The notes beneath the pieces were generated by a model that searched no databases, was not told where the DNA came from, and saw only the letters and a program-made list of their open reading frames with translations. A stretch of 64,000 bases of DNA from NCBI GenBank assembly GCA_963754315.1, contig CAVWFS010000007.1, positions 704,001 to 768,000 on the forward strand. The letters run 5' to 3'. Numbering within the stretch: position 1 is the stretch's first letter; every line of letters starts with the position of its first letter. Made by a program: the position numbers and the translations under genes. Positions 1 through 9,228 of the stretch are shown piece by piece. The stretch comes from an uncultured Candidatus Rokubacteria bacterium (lineage in GTDB: Bacteria; Methylomirabilota; Methylomirabilia; Rokubacteriales; CSP1-6).

Positions 1-255
1 AGCTGGCAGAAGCTCAAGACCCGCTTGCCGTCCCTGCTCCCCCTGGGTACCAAGGTGGCTCACAAGACGGGGACGGGAGCGCGCGGATACATGGATGCCG
101 GCATCGTCTACAAGGGCGAGCGTCCGCTCTTCGTCCTCACCGCCTACACCGAGCACGTGCCAGACGCGCTCGCCGACGGCACCCCAGGCTTCGCGGCCGC
201 GTACCAGCTCATCGGCCGGATGGCGCGTCTCAGCTACGACACCCTCGGAGGCTAG
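1..255 (+). CDS. Serine hydrolase, class A beta-lactamase-like (5'-truncated by window edge)
   Basis: Frame 1 is open from base 1 (SWQKLKTRLPSLLP...). It contains the VAHKTGT motif followed by DAGIV, typical of the C-terminus of this fold. Confidence 0.75.
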   Translation, partial: SWQKLKTRLPSLLPLGTKVAHKTGTGARGYMDAGIVYKGERPLFVLTAYTEHVPDALADGTPGFAAAYQLIGRMARLSYDTLGG

Positions 256-269
256 GCGAGTGAGGGAGG

Positions 270-476
270 CCGGCGCCACGCGCCACCAAGCTCCGGGCTT
301 TGCACGTGGCGGGGGCCTTCGTCGACGACGGGGTCTTTCGCGATCTGGTGCGCGAGCACGCCGCCGCCCGTCAAACGGCGGAAGCGACCGAGGGTCTCGC
401 CTCGTTCGGCGCGAAGCGTCCACCCTCCTGGCACATTGCGGACCCGGCCTCCCGAGACGCGGGACCATTGGGCTAG
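270..476 (+). pseudogene. C-terminal remnant of an enoyl-CoA hydratase (crotonase)
   Basis: Manual translation gives ATKLRALHVAGAFVDDGSF / LVREHAAARQTAEATEGLASFGAKRPPSW with one frameshift near 338. This matches the crotonase C-terminal 'EGLASF.EKR.P.W' pattern. No N-terminal part is present. Confidence 0.55.
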
Positions 477-518
477 ACGACCAACCGCCGCTCACCACAC
501 ATACGACGGAGGACCACG

Positions 519-1484
519 GTGGAGATCACTCCGGCTTCACTCGGACGGTGGGACGGCTCGCTCGTCCGCTACCCGGACCCTGCGGTACGGGTCCTCGACC
601 CTCGCTTTGCCCCCTACCGCCTGGCGAACGCAGCCGTCGAGCGGATCGCGTCGGGTTTTCGGTGGGCGGAAGGCCCCGTGTGGTTCGGCGACCTCCGCTG
701 CCTCATCTGGAGCGACATCCCGAACAATCGGATGCTGCGCTGGCTCGAGGAGACCGGCACCATGAGCGTCTTCCGGAGCCCGTCCAACTACGCCAACGGG
801 CACACCCGGGATCGACAAGGACGACTGGTCTCCTGCGAACACGACACCCGCCGCCTCACGCGCACCGAGACGGACGGGACCATCACCGTCTTGCTCGATC
901 GCTACGAAGGGCGACGGCTGAACGCCCCCAACGACGTGGTGGTCAAGTCCGACGGCAGCATCTGGTTCACCGATCCCGGCTACGGCATCCTCGTCAACTA
1001 CGAGGGCCACCGAGCGGCCTTCGAGCTACCGCCAAGCGTGTATCGCCTCGATTCCGCCTCTGAAAGCGTCGTCGCCGTCATCACGGACATGGAGCGGCCC
1101 AACGGCCTCTGCTTCTCGCCCGATGAGTCCTTGCTCTATGTCGTCGATTCCGGCTCCACCCCACGCACCATTCGGGTCTACGACGTCATGGAAGGCTCGC
1201 GGGTGGCCCACGGGAGGCGTTTCGTCGACATGAGTCCGGGCAGCTCCGATGGCATCCGCTGTGACGTCGACGGCAACCTGTGGGCGGCCGCGGGCGGCGG
1301 CGGAGATGGCTTCGACGGCGTGCACGTGTTCGCGGCCGACGGCACGCGGATCGGGCAGATTCTCCTGCCCGAGAAGTGCGCCAATCTGTGCTTCGGGGGC
1401 GTCAAGCGCAATCGACTGTTCATGGCCGCCAGTCAGTCGATCTATGCGCTCTACGTCGAGGCGCAGGGAGTGAACGGCGCCTGA
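519..1484 (+). CDS. SMP-30/gluconolactonase/LRE family protein
   Basis: Motifs WAEGPVW, WSDIPNNR, LNAPNDVVV, PNGLCFSPDE and DGIRCDVDGNLW. GGAGG RBS upstream of the GTG start. Confidence 0.92.
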   Translation: MEITPASLGRWDGSLVRYPDPAVRVLDPRFAPYRLANAAVERIASGFRWAEGPVWFGDLRCLIWSDIPNNRMLRWLEETGTMSVFRSPSNYANGHTRDRQGRLVSCEHDTRRLTRTETDGTITVLLDRYEGRRLNAPNDVVVKSDGSIWFTDPGYGILVNYEGHRAAFELPPSVYRLDSASESVVAVITDMERPNGLCFSPDESLLYVVDSGSTPRTIRVYDVMEGSRVAHGRRFVDMSPGSSDGIRCDVDGNLWAAAGGGGDGFDGVHVFAADGTRIGQILLPEKCANLCFGGVKRNRLFMAASQSIYALYVEAQGVNGA

Positions 1485-1519
1485 CGCCGCCCCCTACCCG
1501 CCTCGGCCAGCGTCTCGCC

Positions 1520-3310
1520 TCAGCGAGCCGGGCGGTGCCAGTAGGCGATGCGACCGAAGATCGAATCCCAGGCGTTGGGCTCGATCCCGCCGAGCTGGTT
1601 TGAGGCGGCATGAACGGTATTGCGCCAGGTGACGGGGATGACCACGCCGTCCTTGATCACGAGGTCATTCATGCGGATGAAGAGGGACGCCCGCTTGACG
1701 GGATCCATCTCGGCCTCGGCCTTCCGCCAGAGGCGATCGTACTCCTCATGACGCCAACGAGTGAGGTTGCGTCCCGTCCACTTGTTCTCCTTGGTCGGGA
1801 TCTCCCACGACACGAACTGGGCCATGAAGAGCTGCGGGTCCAGACCGGTGAAGACCGTGTAGATCTGCAGGTCGGCCAGAAAGCGCACGTTACTGTCAGG
1901 GTTGCTGGTATCCGAGGAAAAGAAGACCGACACCGGCACCGCCTTGACCTCGATCTCGACACCAGCCGCGGCCGCCGCCTGCTTGACGATCATCTGGACC
2001 TTCTGGACACTGGGACTCACCGCCCCCTGGAAAACCAGCTTCAGCCGACGTCCGTTCTTGACCCGGATCCCGTCCGGCCCGCGCAGCCAGCCCGCCTCAT
2101 TCAGGAACTGGCCGGCCTTGTCAGGGTTGAACTCCCAGTTCGTGTTCCGTGACCGGAAGCGCTCGGGCGCGTTGAGGAAGTTGGCGGTGATCTGCCCGTT
2201 CCTCCCGATCAGGTGCTCCTGGATCGAGGCGCGGTCGACCAACAGGCTCAGGGCCGTGCGCACGGCGGGGTCGGCGAGATACGGATGGCCAAAGCCGACC
2301 GTGGACCGCTCGGCGTCGACATCTCGCCACGGGTCCGACTGGTTGCACTGGATGTGGTTCACGCCGCTACCCGGCACCGTGATGAACTTTCCTTTCCCGC
2401 CCTGCTCGATACGCTTGAGGACATCTTCTTCGGCCAGGATGTAGTACCCGAAGTCATATTCCCCGGTCTGCAACACCGCCCGGGCGGCGCTGATCGCGTC
2501 GCCGCCGCCCTTGACGTGGACTCGGTCGAAGAATGGACGATCGGGGACGTGATAGTGGGGATTCAGCTCGGCGACGATCGAATCGCCTGGCTTGAAGTCC
2601 GTCACCCGGTAGGGGCCCGTCCCCACGGCCTTGACCATTCCCAACGCTTCGCGGGCGCCTGCGCCCTTGTAACGCTCGAAGATGTGCCGCGGGAGCAGGC
2701 CGTCACCGGTGAACGCTCGTGCCCAGAACGGCTGCGGCCTCTTGAAGACGAGCTTGACGGCGTGGCTGTCAAGCTTGTCGATACGCGCAATTTCGTCGAA
2801 GGCGGCCCGGCTGCTGGCAGCCGTGGCGGGATCGGCCGCAAACTCCCAGTTGAAGATCACATCGTCGGCGGTGAAGGGCGCCCCATCGTGCCACACCACG
2901 TTCCGCTTGAGCCGCCACACTACCCACTGTCCGTCTTTGGCCACGCTGCCATTCGTGAGGCTGGGAACTTCCTCGGCCAGCACCGGGACGAAGGTGCCGT
3001 CGGGGGCGGCGGCGGCCAGCGGCTCGTAGAAGATGCGGGACGCGGTAAAGTCCCGGAGACCACGCCCGAAGTGGGGATGCAGGAACGTGGGCGCATCCCA
3101 CATGAGAATCCGGAGGTCTCCGCCACCCCCACGCCGGGTCGGGGTGAATCCTATCTGGCGGGGGCCAGCGGCGACGCCGCTGGCGGCTAGCAGCTGAGCG
3201 GCCATCGGGGCGGTGAGGCCGAGCCCGACCAGCGTCTGAACGAACCGACGCCGTCCCAGGCGCCCACACCGGACTTCTTCGATCAGCTCTCGCAGCCCTG
3301 ATTCGTCCAT
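1520..3310 (-). CDS. Peptide/nickel ABC transporter substrate-binding protein (family 5)
   Basis: RRRFVQ Tat-like segment, WHDGAPFTADDVIFNWE, VGTGPY and C-terminal R..LF...ND signature. Confidence 0.9.
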   Translation of the reverse strand: MDESGLRELIEEVRCGRLGRRRFVQTLVGLGLTAPMAAQLLAASGVAAGPRQIGFTPTRRGGGGDLRILMWDAPTFLHPHFGRGLRDFTASRIFYEPLAAAAPDGTFVPVLAEEVPSLTNGSVAKDGQWVVWRLKRNVVWHDGAPFTADDVIFNWEFAADPATAASSRAAFDEIARIDKLDSHAVKLVFKRPQPFWARAFTGDGLLPRHIFERYKGAGAREALGMVKAVGTGPYRVTDFKPGDSIVAELNPHYHVPDRPFFDRVHVKGGGDAISAARAVLQTGEYDFGYYILAEEDVLKRIEQGGKGKFITVPGSGVNHIQCNQSDPWRDVDAERSTVGFGHPYLADPAVRTALSLLVDRASIQEHLIGRNGQITANFLNAPERFRSRNTNWEFNPDKAGQFLNEAGWLRGPDGIRVKNGRRLKLVFQGAVSPSVQKVQMIVKQAAAAAGVEIEVKAVPVSVFFSSDTSNPDSNVRFLADLQIYTVFTGLDPQLFMAQFVSWEIPTKENKWTGRNLTRWRHEEYDRLWRKAEAEMDPVKRASLFIRMNDLVIKDGVVIPVTWRNTVHAASNQLGGIEPNAWDSIFGRIAYWHRPAR

Positions 3311-3394
3311 GAGGTCGCTCCTGGGAGGCCGGACCAGATGCTACCATGAGCCAATCCCCAAGCAACCCCCAGCGTGCCCTCTGCAGTCGTGCCC

Positions 3395-4192
3395 CTATTG
3401 ATGCCGATAGCTGGCGACGTGTACCCCCAGCTGCGTGTAGGACGTGGGATCGGCCCACCACCGCTTGAGGTCGGCCGCCAGCCGCTCGTAGTCGAAGTCG
3501 ACCTGAAACGCTCCCTGGACCACCTCGAGGACCGTCAGATAGGTTTCGAGAAAGCGATCCTTCTGTCCGGGGATCGTCGAGGGAACGATCAGCGACGTGT
3601 CGGCTTCCGGTTCGAAGCCGTACTGGCTCGCCTGCTCGGCCAGCAAGCGCCCCGCATCTCGATTGCAGCCATCGGCCCGCCGCTTGGCCCGAAACGCCTC
3701 GAAGAATCGCACCATCGATCCCACGGGGGGCACGAACTTGCGCTGATCGTCGGACGATTCGATGACGATCAGCAGCCCCCCTGGCTTGATCGCCCGCCGC
3801 ATGCTGGTGAGGAAATCGGCCACCGACGGCAGATGCTGGACCAGCAGGCGCGCCAAGGCGACATCGTAAGCGCCGCGTACATCATGGGCGTCCTGGACGA
3901 GGAACTGCATCGACGCACTGTCGCTCCGCGACTCCGTCGGCTCTTCCCGTTTGGCCACCTCGATGTGGCTCGGGTCGGTATCGATTCCGACGTACCGCTT
4001 GGTGGGAAAGTACCGGGCAAGTTGCCGAAGGTAGTGCGCGTTCCCCGTCCCGACGTCGAGGACCGTGGCCGCCTCCAGCCACGTCCGGGAATTGAAGAAG
4101 AAGGGAAGCTCGATGGGCTGGCTCAGGTCCGTCTGCAGCCTCATCAAGCGGTCCCACCGTTCCGTCACTACCTGGGCAGAGGACGTCGCCAT
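3395..4192 (-). CDS. Class I SAM-dependent methyltransferase
   Basis: Motif I VLDVGTGNA, acidic end of beta2 (YVGIDTD), YDVALARLLVQHL and IKPGGLLIVIE. Confidence 0.88.
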   Translation of the reverse strand: MATSSAQVVTERWDRLMRLQTDLSQPIELPFFFNSRTWLEAATVLDVGTGNAHYLRQLARYFPTKRYVGIDTDPSHIEVAKREEPTESRSDSASMQFLVQDAHDVRGAYDVALARLLVQHLPSVADFLTSMRRAIKPGGLLIVIESSDDQRKFVPPVGSMVRFFEAFRAKRRADGCNRDAGRLLAEQASQYGFEPEADTSLIVPSTIPGQKDRFLETYLTVLEVVQGAFQVDFDYERLAADLKRWWADPTSYTQLGVHVASYRHQ

Positions 4193-4248
4193 CGGTTCCC
4201 TGGCCTCGTTCAGCTCGGCGCCGGATCGCTATCCGGTCCTCGCGTCAA

Positions 4249-5583
4249 TCAGCTCGTGCGCAGCAAACCACGGGGCAAGTTTTCCAGCAGCAGGGGAAGG
4301 TTCACGTAAAGCACATGCACGTAGGCCTCGTCGGCGCCAGCGCTCTTCTCGATAATCGAGTGCGAGATGATCGGGTAGTACTCCCTGTTGCGAAACCCAT
4401 CATCGGGATGATGGCTGTTGAACTTGATGGGCACCTGGGCCCACGCGCGCCCGAACGAGGCATAGTCTCGACCGACCCGCTCCTGATCCAGCCTGAACTG
4501 GTCATAGTCTTCGGGATTCATGTAGGTGCGAAGAACCTCGAGGAGATCATCCAGGGTCTTCCCCTTGAGACTGTTGGCCTTGTCCGCCGCATAGCCATAG
4601 AAGCGCGCCGCCTCGCTGCTGGCCACCTTGATGGCGGGCCTCTCTTTCGCTCCACTCCTGCTCAGCACCACGGTGACCACGTTCTGGGATTGCAAGGAGT
4701 CCAGCGAGACCCGGCCGAGATTCAGGTCAGTCAGCTCCTCCTGGTAGGCCACCAGGCAGGATGCGAACGGGGTCGTCTCCAGCTCTTCGACCACCCCCCG
4801 TCCCACGAGGTAGAGACGAAACGTCCGATCGCCGTACCGTGGATGCCCCTTCAGCCGGAGCGGAACCTCGGCCCGTTCGGGGGGTCGGGACAGGAACATC
4901 CCGCTGAAGAACTGCTTCAGGTCCTCGCTGACAGCCCCCGCGTCGGCAATCCGTCCGTGTCGGCCGAGACTGCTCACGAGGCCCTCGATGGTCAGCTGTT
5001 CTCCCGAATCGGGACTGGGCAGGCCCTGATAATGCTCGAACAGGTCAAGAAAGTCTTCGTTGGCGCCATGCACGACCGGCGATTTAGCGCGGGTGACTCG
5101 CACGAGCGCAATGGGACTGGGAGCCGTCAGGGTCCAGATCAGGGGAGGCGGCCCGGCTTGCACGCCGCGTGGCTCGAGTCGCTTCACGTTGTTCAGCGCC
5201 TGCTGCAACCGGTAGAACGAGGCCTCCGGGTTGGCGGTCTCGAGCTCGATCACGCCCAGGCCCCCCAGGTTGGAGAGCCACTCGACCCCTTTTTCGACCA
5301 GGATCACGACCCGCTCGCGCCCGAGCAGAGCATGGAAATAGCCCAGCTCGTGAATGACGTTCTGCCGGGCACGCCGCAAGCCTCCACTGGTCTGGTCATC
5401 GCTGGTCAAGACGACGAGGGCGCAATCGACGTCCCGCGCGGCCTGCTCCAGCTTCTCCACGATGGTCTGGCCGGGCGCCTCCTGGTGCTTCAAGGTGTAC
5501 GGTTGGTGCCCCTCGCTGCTGACGAACTCCGAGAGCCTGGACCGGACCAACTCATCATGCCCGTGGCTAATGAACACCTTCAT
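4249..5583 (-). CDS. TIR-like (Cap12/Pycsar-type) domain protein with two tandem PAS-like C-terminal repeats
   Basis: N-terminal KVFISHGHD...VVLTSDD...RARQNVIHELGYF...LGRERVVIL...SNLGG is the signature of this TIR family, with Glu79 at the catalytic position. Residues ~156-283 and ~300-428 are visibly similar to each other. Confidence 0.85.
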   Translation of the reverse strand: MKVFISHGHDELVRSRLSEFVSSEGHQPYTLKHQEAPGQTIVEKLEQAARDVDCALVVLTSDDQTSGGLRRARQNVIHELGYFHALLGRERVVILVEKGVEWLSNLGGLGVIELETANPEASFYRLQQALNNVKRLEPRGVQAGPPPLIWTLTAPSPIALVRVTRAKSPVVHGANEDFLDLFEHYQGLPSPDSGEQLTIEGLVSSLGRHGRIADAGAVSEDLKQFFSGMFLSRPPERAEVPLRLKGHPRYGDRTFRLYLVGRGVVEELETTPFASCLVAYQEELTDLNLGRVSLDSLQSQNVVTVVLSRSGAKERPAIKVASSEAARFYGYAADKANSLKGKTLDDLLEVLRTYMNPEDYDQFRLDQERVGRDYASFGRAWAQVPIKFNSHHPDDGFRNREYYPIISHSIIEKSAGADEAYVHVLYVNLPLLLENLPRGLLRTS

Positions 5584-5723
5584 GACCCGCCCCCTTTGCC
5601 CCTACCCCGTGGTCACCGACAGCAGGCCCGAAAACCTCGTATAAGGGCAGCTTACGCCAAGCGCCCCCCGGGCGCCGCGCAAGTTCGCCGGCCCGTCCGC
5701 GGCGACCTCCCGGCCAGACCGGC

Positions 5724-6938
5724 CTACAAGGTCGGATTGGTGAAGGGCCCTCCGAGCACGAACAGGCCGTAGGCGGCACCAGCAATGTCGAAGTTGAACG
5801 AGAAGTGCTGGTTGATGGCCATCACGTCGCGCAAGTATCGCTGAAGGGGATCGCGAGAATAGATGCCGGCGGCGCCGTAGCAGGACCACAGGGTCTCGAC
5901 CGCCTCCCGCGCCTGATTCACGGCGAACGCGCAGTGGGCGCGGAAGCGAAGCTTGGTCTCGAGATCCGGTACCTCGTGCCGCTCGGCCTGGGCCTGGAAC
6001 TCGATGGCCGACTCACGCATGAGCGCCCGTGCGGCGTCGATCAAGCAGCGAGCGCGTGCCACCTTGACCTGGACGGCCTGGAAGCTCGCGACTTTCGCCC
6101 CGGTGTAGGTGCCCGCGCGCGTGGCTATCGACTCGAGGAAGAGGTCCAGGGCGCCCTGGGCGGTGCCGATGGCAGCCGCTCCGAGCGGGTGTCCCGACGG
6201 CGCCAGAATCGGAATGCGATAGAGCGGGCCGGAGTTGAGGATCGCCCCGGGGTGGGTCAGCCCCCCTCGGCAGCGGACCAGAGGGAGTGCACGGCGCGCG
6301 GGCACGAAGAGATCCGTCACCGCGATGTCCTTGCTACCGGTTCCCACCATCCCCATCGCGTACCACGTGTCGATGATCTCGTAATCGGCCTTAGGAACGA
6401 GGCATAGCCGCCAGTCGCTCGGCGGACCGCTATCGTCGGAGATGGTGACGGCCAGCATGTTCCATTCCGAGTTGTCCACGCCCGAGGAAAAGGGCCAGCG
6501 TCCACTCACCACGAAGCCCCCGTCGACCCGTCGGCCACGGCCAGCAGCGAGAGCGATGGATGAGGCGATCAACGCGTCGGGATTGGCGTCCCACACCTCG
6601 TGCTGCGTCTCGGGTTCGTAGAAGGCGAGCAGCCAGTGGTGGATGCCGAGATTGCCGACGTTCCACGCCGTGGAGGGGCAGCCCCGCGCCAGTTCCGCCA
6701 CGATATCGACGACGGCCACGAACGGAAGCTCCATCCCGCCGAAGAGGCGAGGCTGATGATAGCGGAACAATCCCTGCTCGTGCAGGAGTTGCTCGTTTTC
6801 GCGCAGCAGCAGGCGCGCCGCCTCGCTGGCACCAGCGCGCTCGCGCAGGATCGGCACCATCTCCCGCGCGCGTCGCAGCGCTTCATCGTAGCCGACACCA
6901 GAAAAGTCACGCCGCACCCGCTGAGGGAGCGTCCCCAC
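5724..6938 (-). CDS. Acyl-CoA dehydrogenase-fold flavin-dependent monooxygenase oxygenase component (HsaA-like)
   Basis: LARGCPSTAW, SGRWPFSSGVD, DTWYAMGMVGTGSKD and PLQRYLRD motifs. Confidence 0.87.
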   Translation of the reverse strand: MGTLPQRVRRDFSGVGYDEALRRAREMVPILRERAGASEAARLLLRENEQLLHEQGLFRYHQPRLFGGMELPFVAVVDIVAELARGCPSTAWNVGNLGIHHWLLAFYEPETQHEVWDANPDALIASSIALAAGRGRRVDGGFVVSGRWPFSSGVDNSEWNMLAVTISDDSGPPSDWRLCLVPKADYEIIDTWYAMGMVGTGSKDIAVTDLFVPARRALPLVRCRGGLTHPGAILNSGPLYRIPILAPSGHPLGAAAIGTAQGALDLFLESIATRAGTYTGAKVASFQAVQVKVARARCLIDAARALMRESAIEFQAQAERHEVPDLETKLRFRAHCAFAVNQAREAVETLWSCYGAAGIYSRDPLQRYLRDVMAINQHFSFNFDIAGAAYGLFVLGGPFTNPTL

Positions 6939-6964
6939 CCCAGGGATGCCGTCAGTCGTCGTGC

Positions 6965-7810
6965 TCAGGTCAGGACCGAAAGGAATGCGTGGTTAAAGCT
7001 GGTCCGCCGCCCCTCGAGCTGCGGTACCTGATCAAACCTTCCCTTGCGTAGCTTGTCGAGGGTGCTGCGGTGCAAGTCCTGGTAGCTGATGCTTCCCCCG
7101 CCCTCGCGCAGGGCTTGGACGAGACAGTAGGTCAGCGCGCCGTTGTAGCTCCCGCCGATGAAAGCGTCGGCCGACGTCTGGGTGTCCCGGCAGCCGGTGA
7201 TCAGTAGCTCAGGGAGGTCGGCGTCCACCACGTCCGACGTCCGCCGCTTCGCCCTGGACGACCGTCGGAGCTGGCCTGTGACCTTCCCGCGAAGCTTCCG
7301 TCCCGACTCCTCGGCCATGATGTCCCAGGGGTTGGGCAAATAGCGTGGAATGGATTCAGCGTCCGGCGGACGCAGCACCCGCGTGTTGGTTCCCGAGTGG
7401 CAACAGTCCATGACCACTGTGAGGCGCACGCCCTTGCGTAGCCGGTTGAGCGCCTTGCGTAGCCAGTCGTCGGTCAGGGGGCTCTTCCAGTCGAGATCGG
7501 TCGGGCACAGGATCTCGTCGCGTTCGTCCGCCTCGTCACCGTTCTTGTCGGGGACGTTGGCGCCGTGACCCGAATAATGCAGCAGCAGCACGTCGCCTGG
7601 GCGCCCGCTCGCGACGAGCTTCTTGATGCCCGCCTGCATGGCCGCCTTGGTGGCGTCGAAGTCCGTGAGCACCGTGATGTCGGAGCCCTTGAACCCGTAG
7701 GATTCGGTGAGGATCCCGCGAAGGTTGTTCACGTCGTTGACGCAACCACGCAGATCCGCCCCGGGAATCTTGTAGCGGTTGATGCCGATCAGCAGCGCCT
7801 TCTTAGCCAT
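6965..7810 (-). CDS. Caspase family (C14) peptidase, standalone metacaspase
   Basis: KKALLIGINRY, LRGCVND, catalytic His in HYSGHG, catalytic Cys in DCCHSG, GCRDTQTSAD and QVPQL. Confidence 0.93.
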   Translation of the reverse strand: MAKKALLIGINRYKIPGADLRGCVNDVNNLRGILTESYGFKGSDITVLTDFDATKAAMQAGIKKLVASGRPGDVLLLHYSGHGANVPDKNGDEADERDEILCPTDLDWKSPLTDDWLRKALNRLRKGVRLTVVMDCCHSGTNTRVLRPPDAESIPRYLPNPWDIMAEESGRKLRGKVTGQLRRSSRAKRRTSDVVDADLPELLITGCRDTQTSADAFIGGSYNGALTYCLVQALREGGGSISYQDLHRSTLDKLRKGRFDQVPQLEGRRTSFNHAFLSVLT

Positions 7811-7982
7811 GCGTGGTCTCCTTTCGCGGGAGGCGAGGTCAGGAGGTGGGAAGCCGCGGGCGGATCCGTTTCATCAACCATGGGATACTCCGGGACGGTC
7901 GCGCGCCGTCACCGGCCAGGCCCCATGCCTGGCCGCCGTTGCTGAGGACAGTCTAGCGTGAGGACGAAGGAGCCCACAAGCC

Positions 7983-9125
7983 ATGAAAGTGAAATCGGTC
8001 AGGACGTTTCTCGTCGATCCCGGCGCCCACAAGCGCTGGCTCTTCGTCAAGCTCGAAACCGACGGCGGTCTGCACGGCTGGGGTGAGTGCTACACGCAGC
8101 TGGATCGCGATCGAGCCATCGAGGCTCACGTCCAGGAGCTGGGGCGCTACCTGATCGACCGCAGCCCGTTCGACATCAAGCACTTCACGTACGTGGCCTA
8201 TACCGATTTCGCCACCAAGCGCGGGGCGATGGATCTGTACTGCGCCATCAGCGGCCTCGAGCAAGCCTTGTGGGACCTCGTCGGCAAAGCAACCGGTCAA
8301 CCTGTCTACAACCTGCTTGGGGGTGCCTTCCGGACGAGACTGCGCGTCTACGCGAACGGGTGGGCTAGCGGTCGCGATCCTGATCGTGTGGCCGAGCAAG
8401 CCCTGGCGACCGTGAAGCAAGGCTTCACGGCGCTCAAGTTCGATCCCTTCCCCGGCCCATGGCGAGCGTACATCGACGGCCGGGATGAGGCGCTGGCGGT
8501 CGAGAACGTGAAGGCCGTCCGCGACGCCGTGGGACCGGGAGTGGATATCCTGGTGGAGGTGCATCGGCGGCTGGCGCCCCTGCATGCCATCAGGATCGCG
8601 CGACGGATGGAACCGTACGCTCCCTTCTGGTACGAGGAGCCGGTGTCGGCCCGTGACCTCGGCGGCTTGGCTGAAGTCAAGCGGGCCATCACCTTACCTG
8701 TGGTCACGGGCGAAGAGCTCTACACGAAGACCGAGTTCCACGAAGTGATCCAGCGGCGTGCGGCGGACATTCTCAACCCCGACGTCTGCAACTGCGGCGG
8801 CATCCTGGAGCTCCGGGAGATCGCCGCCATGGCCGAGCCTCATCACATCGCCATGGCCCCCCACAACTACAACAGCACCACCCTCGGGCTGGCCGCCACC
8901 CTGCACGCCGCGGCCGGGATGCCCAACTTTTTGATCACCGAGTATTTTGTCAACTTCGAGGACCTGGGACGCGCGCTCGCGCGCACGCCGCTCCGGGTCG
9001 AGGAGAGCTACATCACCCTGCCCACCGCCCCCGGTCTCGGCGTCGACCTGAATGAGGACGAGGTCGCCCGCCACCCATACCGAGCCCGGAGCCTCCGCCC
9101 GCTCCGGCGACCCCGAGACGAGTGA
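7983..9125 (+). CDS. Mandelate racemase/muconate lactonizing enzyme family dehydratase (galactonate dehydratase-like)
   Basis: GLEQALWDL.GK, KxD (ALKFDPF), metal ligands in WYEEP, TGEE and NPD, and PTAPGLGVDL. Confidence 0.9.
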   Translation: MKVKSVRTFLVDPGAHKRWLFVKLETDGGLHGWGECYTQLDRDRAIEAHVQELGRYLIDRSPFDIKHFTYVAYTDFATKRGAMDLYCAISGLEQALWDLVGKATGQPVYNLLGGAFRTRLRVYANGWASGRDPDRVAEQALATVKQGFTALKFDPFPGPWRAYIDGRDEALAVENVKAVRDAVGPGVDILVEVHRRLAPLHAIRIARRMEPYAPFWYEEPVSARDLGGLAEVKRAITLPVVTGEELYTKTEFHEVIQRRAADILNPDVCNCGGILELREIAAMAEPHHIAMAPHNYNSTTLGLAATLHAAAGMPNFLITEYFVNFEDLGRALARTPLRVEESYITLPTAPGLGVDLNEDEVARHPYRARSLRPLRRPRDE

Positions 9126-9148
9126 GGCGCCTGCCCCGCGCGTGCTCC

Positions 9149-9222
9149 CGAGGGGCGGCCCGGGTTCCCCGGGCCGCTCCGAGCGCCGGGGGGCCAGGGG
9201 GGCGCCTTCGGAGGCCCCCCAT
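9149..9222 (-). repeat. REP-like two-hairpin intergenic repeat, copy 1
   Basis: Reverse complement matches the copies at 34637, 37952 and 42974. Lies between convergent genes. Confidence 0.8.
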
Positions 9223-9228
9223 ACAAAC

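Noticed and set aside
1..255. Antibiotic-resistance beta-lactamase
   Set aside because: Only the C-terminal 84 aa are visible. SxxK, SDN and the omega loop cannot be assessed.
4249..5583. A complete CBASS, Pycsar or Thoeris system
   Set aside because: No CD-NTase, PycC-type cyclase or ThsA-like gene was recognised nearby. The only cNMP-binding protein is about 38 kb away and standalone.
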